Part shown: piece after piece, positions 1 to 8,071 of the stretch
Layout: each line of letters starts with the position of its first letter
How positions within the stretch are numbered: position 1 is the first letter of the stretch
Source: a bacterium
Lineage (GTDB): Bacteria > UBA10199 > 2-02-FULL-44-16 > JAAZCA01
Assembly: GCA_963674695.2 (NCBI GenBank)
Contig: CAXXGI010000002.1
Location: forward strand, 160,001 to 224,000
DNA: 64,000 nucleotides
Direction: 5' to 3'
Made by a program: the position numbers and the translations under genes
Notes under the pieces: model-generated
What the model was told of the DNA's origin: nothing
What the model saw: only the letters and a program-made list of their open reading frames with translations
The model's database searches: none

Positions 1-1
1 A

Positions 2-1339
2 CAGGACATCGATCGGCGAGTACGCGATGAGATACAGAGCGTTTTTCTAGCCACCGAAGGGGTTGAGCGCATTTTCTTTCCGGATAAGAGCGGCCAGATA
101 CCGGATCGCCCAGTCATTACAATGGTAGTCATGGGGCCGGATCGTTCGATTCAAGAATCTCCAGATGTAAAAAAAGATATTGAAGGCATGATAAAGGAGT
201 ATGGGAAATCTGCCCGTACCTTTAAGAGCGCTTTATTATGGGTTGTCCCCGAGTCTGGTGACCAGCTACATGATGAAGCGCGAAATCAGATAGCGTGGGA
301 AGACATCCGAGATGAAGGTTTAAACCTAGATGAACCGCAGCGAAAACAACTTGAAATTAGCATCAAAAAGGCACGCCGCGATTTGACTGAGAGCGTATGG
401 AGAACCTACAAAAATATAATATACCTTGGGAAGGACAACCAAATCGAAACGACCGATCTGGGGCTCGTGACATCAAGCGCTGCAGATTCTTTGACAAATC
501 TTATTGTATCAGCGCTACGTCAAAAGGATATCGTCGCAAAGGACGTCCCTCCGCGTTATCTTGTCCGGAGCTGGCCTCCGGCATTTACTGAATGGAGCAC
601 CAAGGCAGTCAGGGATGCTTTCTTTGCCTCGCCACAGTTTCCAAGGCTTCTATATCCGGCCACCATTAAGGAAACTATAGCTCGAGGGGTATCTGAGGGG
701 CTCATCGCCTATGCCGTTAAGTCTCCCAAGGGTGGCTATGATCCGCTTGCATTCAATAAGATGATGGATGCCTCTGATATTGAGTTGTCCGAGGATACTT
801 TTATCTTACAAGCCTCGGAAGCCGAAAAGCATATTGAACCTCCCAAACTAGCTCGAATACTCGTTTTGCCGGAGAATGCCAGAATCAAGCCCGGCACAAA
901 ACAGACATTTACAATCGAAGGCTTGGATCAGTTTAATCGTCCCATAGAAGCCAGTGGTTTCGAATGGAGCGCAACAGGCGGCACAATCGACGTAGACGGA
1001 GTTTTTACTGCAGGTGCGGATGAAGGCAATTTTCTTGTATCTGTTAAGGCACAGAATGTAGCCGGCACTGCCGGTCTGAATATCAGTAAAGAAGAAACAA
1101 AACATGTTCCGCTGCCACCCAAGGGGCCTAACTCTTTCTCATGGAGCGGAGACGTAGCGCCCCAAAAGTGGACAAATCTTTACATGAAGGTGCTGAGTAA
1201 ACTCGTTTCAAAGGGCGACCTCAAGATCAATGTCAGCATAGAAGCAACGTTGAAAGAGCCAGCATCTGAACAACAGATGGACGAAATCAAAGCCGCCCTG
1301 CGTGGGTTGGGGTTGGATGATGAGATCAATGTTGGATAA
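2..1339 (+). CDS. DUF499-type AAA+ ATPase, C-terminal part (5'-truncated by window), with Ig-like domain; BREX-related defence component
   Basis: Frame open from nt 2 (QDIDRRVRDEIQSVF...IFFPDKSGQIPDRPVITMVVM); WSTKAVRDAFFASPQFPRLL and terminal WSGDVAPQKWTNLYMKVLSK...ALRGLGL segments resemble DUF499 proteins; Ig-like WSATGGTIDVDGVFTAG. Confidence 0.7.
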   Translation, partial: QDIDRRVRDEIQSVFLATEGVERIFFPDKSGQIPDRPVITMVVMGPDRSIQESPDVKKDIEGMIKEYGKSARTFKSALLWVVPESGDQLHDEARNQIAWEDIRDEGLNLDEPQRKQLEISIKKARRDLTESVWRTYKNIIYLGKDNQIETTDLGLVTSSAADSLTNLIVSALRQKDIVAKDVPPRYLVRSWPPAFTEWSTKAVRDAFFASPQFPRLLYPATIKETIARGVSEGLIAYAVKSPKGGYDPLAFNKMMDASDIELSEDTFILQASEAEKHIEPPKLARILVLPENARIKPGTKQTFTIEGLDQFNRPIEASGFEWSATGGTIDVDGVFTAGADEGNFLVSVKAQNVAGTAGLNISKEETKHVPLPPKGPNSFSWSGDVAPQKWTNLYMKVLSKLVSKGDLKINVSIEATLKEPASEQQMDEIKAALRGLGLDDEINVG

Positions 1340-1364
1340 AGTTCACCATGTATAGAGGATAGTT

Positions 1365-3758
1365 GTGAATGAAACTACCAAGACAATTACTGTTAATAGA
1401 CGATTGCGCCCAATACGTTTAGCTTTTCTCATCGAACCGAAGGATAAACAAACACTCCGTAAAATATTGCAGATCAACACCTGTCTTTGGGGTGGACGAT
1501 TTAATGCAATCATCCCAGTGTATAAGAGAACTCCCAAATCGTGGGGAGACAAATATATTCGTCCACCAGCTGCCAAAGAGGTTCTTTCCGGTTATATTGA
1601 TGCATTTGAACCAGATTATCTTGTAGTTCCTAATTCCGAATATAAGATAAGGCCACAATTTCCTGAAGATCGTGTAATAACATTAAAAGACATCCTCGAT
1701 CCCAGCGCAGACAATCCCATCGGTTTTGGCATAGATGTCATTGAGCTCTTTTCGTATCTCTATGAAAAAGAATTCCAGTTTGTCAGAAGACATCCTCATG
1801 AAGTCATACTTTTAAAGTCGAAATATCGTCAAATGGACATTTTCAAAGCAGCCTGTTTCGGTGAGTTTCCGAAAGCTAGGGAATTAGCATATCTAGTAAA
1901 TGGCTATAAAGACGCCTTTGATGCTAAGGAAATGGATTTAAACGAGAGTAATCTTTTTCAGTTTTTCAAAACGAATAAATTTACTCCACTTCGACTAGCC
2001 TGTGATGGTATTTCAGTCCATGATAGAGGGTGGTCATTAGGGCCATCACTATTTTACATGGATGGCACATCTCCGCTTGATCTAATCGATTATTGGAATT
2101 TACGAGCCGCCGGATACAGGATAGTACCCTTACCTAGTCAGTGGGCTCCTAATCTTGTCGACGATTGCACAGATTTTATAACGCAAAATCATCGTCCATA
2201 TAGACACAACAAAGAAATGATGCATATGACGACGATGATATGCTCGAGGTCATCCAAATTTGAAGATGTTCAAAATTATGCAAAAACGCTCAAGACGCCA
2301 AGGGGGGCATTATCTTGCCAACACTGGTATCCGCGCATATGGGATGAATGGGCACGTGATAAAGATCACGTAGTGAGAGCAAATGTAACATATAAAGAGG
2401 GCGATATCGATGTTCAGTCGTCAAATCACAGAATAAATTTCCCTGATATCTCACCGGCATTTGTAGAACGATTTGGTGGAAGAAGTACTCCGCGTTGGGT
2501 GAACGTAATTCAGCTCAGTGATTATTCTCATTCGCCTGATTTTGCTGCAGTCATCCCACCTAATACACCTGATCTTGATAAAATATTAGAAACATTAGAT
2601 CGAAATGGCGTGTGGTCAACTAGCGAAGGCATAATTATCCCATCTCAACATTTCAAGTGGACACATCGATGGAATCTTCCAACCGCTACCGAAATATTTT
2701 CTGGTTGGATGACAGCGAAGGGATTTCAGTTTCAAACATCAAGCGCTGGCAATATCACATCACAGATCGTGCGATGTCTAGGTGGATCATGGGGCATATC
2801 TGCTATTGCTGATGATGAGATAATTTATTTGCTAAACAAAATGGCCAGCGGTAGTACCGTGAATATAAAACAATGGATGGGTCTTCTTAAAAAAACAAGC
2901 AGAAATCATGCTACTATTGCCCAAAGGCGTCTAAAACATTTGCTGGCCCATAAAGTCCTTCAACTTGGTTTGAGAATTCAATGTTGTTATTGTTCTCAAC
3001 ATACGTGGTATTCACTAGATGCTGTACGTGAAACATTAACATGTGAAAAATGCTTACAGTCTTTTGATTTTCCTGTGGACGCGCCGCCAAAGGATAGCTG
3101 GCACTATCGTACCATAGGCCCGTTTTCAGTACCCAATTTTGCTCAGGGTGGTTATTGCGTAGCTATTGTATTACGCTTTTTCAGTCATACCCTTCACTCG
3201 GAGGTATCATGGATGCCTTCGTTTACACTGCAGGGGAAAGACATTCAATTAGAATCTGACTTTGGAGTTTTCTGGCAGCAGTCCAAGTATCAGAGAAGTG
3301 AGCCGATACTTATACTAGGTGAATGCAAAACGTATGACCGATTTGAGAAAAAGGACATAGATCGTGCTCGAAAACTAGCTGAGATTTTCCCCGGAGCAGT
3401 CTTTGCGTTTTGCACCTTAAGAAAAGAATTGGATGCACCTGAAAAGAAAAAGATTGCGGCGTTTGCAAAAAGGGGTCGCAGATATTGGAAGTCTGAGAAA
3501 TGGTATAATCCTGTCTTAGTTCTAACTGGTATTGAGCTATTTAGTGATTTTGGTCCCCCACATTGCTGGAAAGACGCTGGTGGCAAGTATAGTACGCATG
3601 GTGAGTCCTACCATGGCTACAACGATATACAGGAACTATGCGATGCAACACAGCAACTGCATTTGGATATGGAACCATATTGGACGTGGTATCATAAAAA
3701 GGTTGAAAAACAAAAACGCCGCCGCAATATGATAGCCAAGCAGAAAACATCTACATGA
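1365..3758 (+). CDS. 797-aa hypothetical protein with C-terminal zinc ribbon and PD-(D/E)xK-like nuclease motif; putative defence protein
   Basis: Long ORF, GTG start with GAGGA RBS; CCYC...CEKC; ESDFGVFW...ILGECK. Confidence 0.6.
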   Translation: MNETTKTITVNRRLRPIRLAFLIEPKDKQTLRKILQINTCLWGGRFNAIIPVYKRTPKSWGDKYIRPPAAKEVLSGYIDAFEPDYLVVPNSEYKIRPQFPEDRVITLKDILDPSADNPIGFGIDVIELFSYLYEKEFQFVRRHPHEVILLKSKYRQMDIFKAACFGEFPKARELAYLVNGYKDAFDAKEMDLNESNLFQFFKTNKFTPLRLACDGISVHDRGWSLGPSLFYMDGTSPLDLIDYWNLRAAGYRIVPLPSQWAPNLVDDCTDFITQNHRPYRHNKEMMHMTTMICSRSSKFEDVQNYAKTLKTPRGALSCQHWYPRIWDEWARDKDHVVRANVTYKEGDIDVQSSNHRINFPDISPAFVERFGGRSTPRWVNVIQLSDYSHSPDFAAVIPPNTPDLDKILETLDRNGVWSTSEGIIIPSQHFKWTHRWNLPTATEIFSGWMTAKGFQFQTSSAGNITSQIVRCLGGSWGISAIADDEIIYLLNKMASGSTVNIKQWMGLLKKTSRNHATIAQRRLKHLLAHKVLQLGLRIQCCYCSQHTWYSLDAVRETLTCEKCLQSFDFPVDAPPKDSWHYRTIGPFSVPNFAQGGYCVAIVLRFFSHTLHSEVSWMPSFTLQGKDIQLESDFGVFWQQSKYQRSEPILILGECKTYDRFEKKDIDRARKLAEIFPGAVFAFCTLRKELDAPEKKKIAAFAKRGRRYWKSEKWYNPVLVLTGIELFSDFGPPHCWKDAGGKYSTHGESYHGYNDIQELCDATQQLHLDMEPYWTWYHKKVEKQKRRRNMIAKQKTST

Positions 3759-3773
3759 TTTGATGCAGACAAA

Positions 3774-5210
3774 TTAAGAGACAGTTTCTTGATTTTTGAG
3801 AAACCTTTCTAAAATATCTTCTATGGGCATTGGTTCAATACGTATCTTTTGAAATAGTTCATCGACACTCATGCCAAGTGATTCGAGATCAATATCGCCA
3901 TCTCGCAAAGGCAGGGTATTGATTTTTTTGATCAGTTCCCGGGTACGTTCTTCTTGGTGTTTTTTCATAAAGTCTTGCAACTCGGTTAAATCGTTACCAT
4001 GGCTCCGTGCCCACTCTGTATATTTTTTCAAAACAGTATCGCGTTTGGTACGAATGATTCCAGCTGTTCGATCAAAATAATCCGTTGCCGATAAATCTGT
4101 CAGGATAATTTGTGGAGCTAAATGCAAAAGGAATGCCGGGATTGCCGTAATTCCGGGGGCAACAATTTCGAGTTTCCGCCCAGCGCTAAATTCCAACCAT
4201 TCCCTTATGATAACGTTAATATGGATATCGGCAAAACCGTATCCAATACAAATCAGCGAAGTTACATGGTTTATGTTAGATCGAAAATGCTTAAGCAAAT
4301 TATGCGGCAGAACTTGGCTTTGCCGAGTATCAAATTTGAAAGCCCCTGCCAACAATGACCTACGGAGAAACTGCATTTCTCCAGTACGATCAGAGTATGT
4401 GATTTCATTTGTTGTTTTAACTGGTTGTCCATGTTGGAGTGGATGAAGGAAAAGCAATTCCTCATTGGCAATGCGTAATGACTCAATCACTCCTGAAAGA
4501 GTTGGATTAATTGGAAGAAGTTTGAGTAGGTCTTTCCCATCATTAAATGCAAAGACATCCAGAGCACCATGAATTTTCAACAGGTTGATTCCCGAAGAGC
4601 CAGACTTTAAGAAAGGCATGGCTCCATTTTCAATCTGTTCTCCAGCAATTATTTCTGCTCTCAATTCGCCAATGATTTCACCAGACTTGTTCCTTCGTGG
4701 CAGCGTCATAGTCTCGGTCGTAAACCCAGAATTCAATGTAATGCTATATTTTGCACTCACGCACTCAATAATGAGATCGTGGTTTAGTGAGAAGATCCAT
4801 AGGGGATTGTTTTTTTCTGCAAGAGATACAATTCCCTCAAAATAGCCAAGGTTATTTTGAATGTACGCAACATTATTTGTATGTCGAAAATAAAGTATGT
4901 AATAGATCATCTCCACCATCCAGGCATATAGACCGTGATAGTCGTGTTTTAATGGTGAAAGACGTCGAAATTGAGTTTCCAAGTGACCGAGAATACTTTC
5001 GTAATGTTGACCATCTAGGAGGAGCATATTTGAAAGATCATCGATCACAGCATTAGAATAACCGCCTTGCTTATCTTTCCACACTTTATTAAGTGCTCGT
5101 AATTTCTCTGGTGTGAGCCATGCCTTTAATTCGGAGGTAAGATCTTTAACAAGAGGCATTCCAATTTCATAAGAGGCGCCCGCACCAATCAGAAGACCAG
5201 TGAGATTCAT
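3774..5210 (-). CDS. SIR2-like (SIR2_2 family) NAD-binding/NADase domain protein
   Basis: LLIGAGAS, FSLNHDLIIE, LLKIHGALD and CIGYGFADIHIN motifs in sirtuin order; helical C-terminal extension. Confidence 0.85.
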   Translation of the reverse strand: MNLTGLLIGAGASYEIGMPLVKDLTSELKAWLTPEKLRALNKVWKDKQGGYSNAVIDDLSNMLLLDGQHYESILGHLETQFRRLSPLKHDYHGLYAWMVEMIYYILYFRHTNNVAYIQNNLGYFEGIVSLAEKNNPLWIFSLNHDLIIECVSAKYSITLNSGFTTETMTLPRRNKSGEIIGELRAEIIAGEQIENGAMPFLKSGSSGINLLKIHGALDVFAFNDGKDLLKLLPINPTLSGVIESLRIANEELLFLHPLQHGQPVKTTNEITYSDRTGEMQFLRRSLLAGAFKFDTRQSQVLPHNLLKHFRSNINHVTSLICIGYGFADIHINVIIREWLEFSAGRKLEIVAPGITAIPAFLLHLAPQIILTDLSATDYFDRTAGIIRTKRDTVLKKYTEWARSHGNDLTELQDFMKKHQEERTRELIKKINTLPLRDGDIDLESLGMSVDELFQKIRIEPMPIEDILERFLKNQETVS

Positions 5211-5224
5211 AAAAAATTATCCCC

Positions 5225-5968
5225 CTAATTATCTAGGTTTTTAGTAAGCAACTGGTAGTTACAATACTCACATCCATCTTGACATCTCGGTATTTGATCG
5301 GATGCTAAGCATAACTGTGCATCTCGCACTGCCTTTTCAACCCATGAAGAATCTCCGGCATATGGCAATAACTGGACGTCAAAGCATAATGTTCCGTTAA
5401 AGCCATCCAAATCCTTGCGAGCGTTTGCATATACGAAGTATCCGGTATCTGAAACGTCGAAGCCCATATTGCGCATAATCCACTGATAGATCTCCATCTG
5501 GCGCTTGTAGGCTTCCTTCCATTCATCGTCCAGCGTAACCTCTCCGTTCTTGCTGGTCGATTTGTAATCCACGATGAAGAGTTGGCCGCTCGGCTGTACC
5601 CATACATCATCGATTGCACCGGTAATGATCAGGTTCGTTTCTTTATGATGATATTCCAGTCCCTTGAAATTCTCACGCCAGATATCGAGATCTGGGTGAC
5701 TATAGGGAATGGCATCGACGCCGTTCTCTCTCATTATCGGATGTGGTTCACCCTTAGCGCGATAGATATCGAACTCTTTCTTTAATAAGACATCCACTGC
5801 GGAATTCAGGGTGAACGCCGGCATCGATGGCCTATCGATTCCCAGCCGTCGATCGAGATAAAAGCACCGGGGACATCTGATGAAATTCTCCAGCCGAGAC
5901 CGGCTTATTTTGAATGGTTCTTTTGAACTCGGATCATAAAGAAAACGAGTCCTTATCTTGAGAGGCAC
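5225..5968 (-). CDS. PD-(D/E)xK (Cas4/RecB-like) nuclease with four-Cys cluster
   Basis: ISRSRLENFIRCPRC, GAIDDVW, IVDYKST, QMEIYQW, C-terminal CEYC. Confidence 0.85.
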   Translation of the reverse strand: MPLKIRTRFLYDPSSKEPFKISRSRLENFIRCPRCFYLDRRLGIDRPSMPAFTLNSAVDVLLKKEFDIYRAKGEPHPIMRENGVDAIPYSHPDLDIWRENFKGLEYHHKETNLIITGAIDDVWVQPSGQLFIVDYKSTSKNGEVTLDDEWKEAYKRQMEIYQWIMRNMGFDVSDTGYFVYANARKDLDGFNGTLCFDVQLLPYAGDSSWVEKAVRDAQLCLASDQIPRCQDGCEYCNYQLLTKNLDN

Positions 5969-6049
5969 ATACGCTCCCTTCTTAAAATTGCGGATAAACC
6001 TATCTCAAACGACCCCGTATATCCACCAATGATTTCAAACCATCGCCGA

Positions 6050-6253
6050 TTACTTCTTGCGATTATATGGCGACTGATTCGTAGGCTTCAGTGAGACACT
6101 TTTCTCACCGGCCTTCGCATAGACCGATTCCGGGGTGCGTCCCAACTTCAGGCCAATGACCCGTGTCGGCGTGTTTTGTTTTGCCAGCTGTTTCAGCTGC
6201 TGTTCCTGCTTCGGCGTCCATGCTTTTCCGTGGTTTGTTGGTTTTTTTGCCAT
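6050..6253 (-). CDS. 67-aa basic protein, Myb/HTH-like
   Basis: AAAGGAG RBS; WTPKQEQQLKQL...VIGLKLGRTPESV resembles a Myb/SANT-like helix-turn-helix. Confidence 0.75.
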   Translation of the reverse strand: MAKKPTNHGKAWTPKQEQQLKQLAKQNTPTRVIGLKLGRTPESVYAKAGEKSVSLKPTNQSPYNRKK

Positions 6254-6266
6254 TGTGATTCTCCTT

Positions 6267-6737
6267 TCAATAAGTGCGTCCGAGTGCCCTCAACAAGGAC
6301 GTGAGTGGTTGTGGTTGTTCGGAAACTGTAAACTGTGTGTCGAGCAAGGCGTTCGTGCCCGAGGTAGAAATAACCGTATGCTGAAATGGAAAGTGACTGA
6401 CGTATTCGGTGTTGCACGTTGGCTTGTGCCTAAATATCAAGGCCGCCTCTGCCCGAGTACGATTGGCCGGATATGAGACGCCTGCCATCGAGAAGCAGAG
6501 CCGCTCCCCAAGTAAGAGTTGTTGCTTCCATGCATTCCATTTTTCGTGCCCCTGAATGCGCTTGAGCACACTATCTGCCTCGCCGATATAGAGGAGCCTT
6601 ATCAAACTTACCTGGTTGGCGAGCGAATTATAGGCACACGCATAAACGCAATAAACCCCCGAGGTATCGGGCATTGCGTTAGTATTCACATCGAGCCAAT
6701 ACCCAGAAAAAGTCAGATTAAAATTATTTGAGAACAT
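6267..6737 (-). CDS. GIY-YIG nuclease family protein
   Basis: SGVYCVY...LLYIGEA...KRIQGH...AEAALI...PTCN; AGGAGG RBS. Confidence 0.85.
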   Translation of the reverse strand: MFSNNFNLTFSGYWLDVNTNAMPDTSGVYCVYACAYNSLANQVSLIRLLYIGEADSVLKRIQGHEKWNAWKQQLLLGERLCFSMAGVSYPANRTRAEAALIFRHKPTCNTEYVSHFPFQHTVISTSGTNALLDTQFTVSEQPQPLTSLLRALGRTY

Positions 6738-6779
6738 TCAAAAACCTCCTTGCTTTGTGATAATTTGTATTGTAAAAAG

Positions 6780-6821
6780 TGACGTTAGCGTCATATAGAT
6801 GTTGGGTAACATTATTGTTAC
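6780..6821. promoter_or_regulatory. Two palindromic candidate operators in the divergent promoter region
   Basis: TGACG-TTAG-CGTCA (6780-6793) and GTAACA-TTAT-TGTTAC (6806-6821) between the GIY-YIG and XRE starts. Confidence 0.45.
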
Positions 6822-6852
6822 AGTTCGTCAATAAAAAAAATACGGAGTCGTC

Positions 6853-7209
6853 ATGGCCGAAAAAGAACCCCTAACGGTCTTCCCCGAGCGTTTGAAACAT
6901 GCCCGTGAATTGCGGGGACTCAACCAAAGTGATCTAGCAGCCAAGACAGGCCTACAGGCCTCTGCCATTTCGCATTTTGAGACAGGAGCCCGGAAGCCCT
7001 CATTTGACAATTTGCGGCGACTTGCAGACAAATTGGACGTCACCACTGATTACTTGTTAGGACGTGTGGAGGAACCAACTCAGTATGCAGGATCGGGAGT
7101 GATGTTCCGCCACTTTGATCGACTTTCCTCGGACCAACGTGAAGCAATCGAAGAGACCATCAAATCTCTGGCAAATAAAAGAGATGCGCAGGAGAAGAAA
7201 AATGGCTGA
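6853..7209 (+). CDS. XRE-family HTH repressor (CapH/ImmR-like)
   Basis: RLKHARELRGLNQSDLAAKTGLQASAISHFETGARKPSFDNLRRLADKLDVTTDYLLGR. Confidence 0.92.
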   Translation: MAEKEPLTVFPERLKHARELRGLNQSDLAAKTGLQASAISHFETGARKPSFDNLRRLADKLDVTTDYLLGRVEEPTQYAGSGVMFRHFDRLSSDQREAIEETIKSLANKRDAQEKKNG

Positions 7210-8071
7210 CGATTTCATGTCCGAAATCACTTGTCGCCAGGCGGATGCCTTTATGCGCGAGCATGGTGTTTCTGCTCTACCCATAGATTTACCCTCTTTG
7301 TGCAATCGACTAAATATAGGTCTACATCAATCAACAAATATGGATGGCCCCCCAGGCATGTTGATTCATGAACGAGGGACATTTGTTATCGCTTATGCCA
7401 CAAACACCGGAAATAAAGGATTTGAAAATTTTTGTATTGCCCATGAACTTGGGCATTATCATTTGCCCGGTCATGTAGAAGCATTATTCAAGACCGGAAC
7501 AGTTCACGAGTCGAAGTCTGGTTTCGTGTCTGACTCAAAATACGAACGAGAAGCAGATAATTTCGCCGCGTCACTACTAATGCCAAGAGACCTTTTCAAA
7601 AACGCTATACCAAACGCTGATGCCGGAATGTCTGCAATACAGACGCTCTCAGCACAATTTACAACGTCGTTACTGGCAACGACCATTCGATATACGAATC
7701 TCACAGATGATCCCATAGCAATGATAGTCAGTACAAAGAACACAATTGACTATTGTTTCATGTCTCCCTCGTTAAAGGAAATCAAAGGTCTCGATTGGAT
7801 CCGGAAAAATTCTCCGCTACCACGGGCCTCAGCCACATTTACTTTCAATCAAGACCCCGAGAAGATCACGACATGTCAAACTGTAGAGAATTCTTCAGAT
7901 CTAAGTGAATGGTTCGGTTCAAAAAAAGAAATTGAGATTAATGAAGATGTTGTGGGTCTTGGCAAATCTGGAAAAACCCTTACATTGTTGTATGGCATCG
8001 AACTACCTGATGAAGACGACATTGACGAAGATGAATTACACGAATCGTGGACACCGCGATTTCGTCGATAA
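7202..8071 (+). CDS. ImmA/IrrE-family zinc metallopeptidase (CapP-like)
   Basis: NFCIAHELGHY (HExxH), EREADNFAASLLMP; ATG 7202 overlaps the XRE stop. Confidence 0.9.
   Translation: MADDFMSEITCRQADAFMREHGVSALPIDLPSLCNRLNIGLHQSTNMDGPPGMLIHERGTFVIAYATNTGNKGFENFCIAHELGHYHLPGHVEALFKTGTVHESKSGFVSDSKYEREADNFAASLLMPRDLFKNAIPNADAGMSAIQTLSAQFTTSLLATTIRYTNLTDDPIAMIVSTKNTIDYCFMSPSLKEIKGLDWIRKNSPLPRASATFTFNQDPEKITTCQTVENSSDLSEWFGSKKEIEINEDVVGLGKSGKTLTLLYGIELPDEDDIDEDELHESWTPRFRR

Noticed and set aside
5225-5968. CRISPR-Cas locus implied by the Cas4-like nuclease
   Set aside because: No cas1/cas2 and no repeat-spacer array seen anywhere in the window
7115-7201. N-terminal extension of the metallopeptidase from the ORF track (likewise 51716-51856, 44971-45120, 39525-39632)
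   Set aside because: These extensions overlap other genes, REPs or terminators; downstream ATGs have better RBS or coupling
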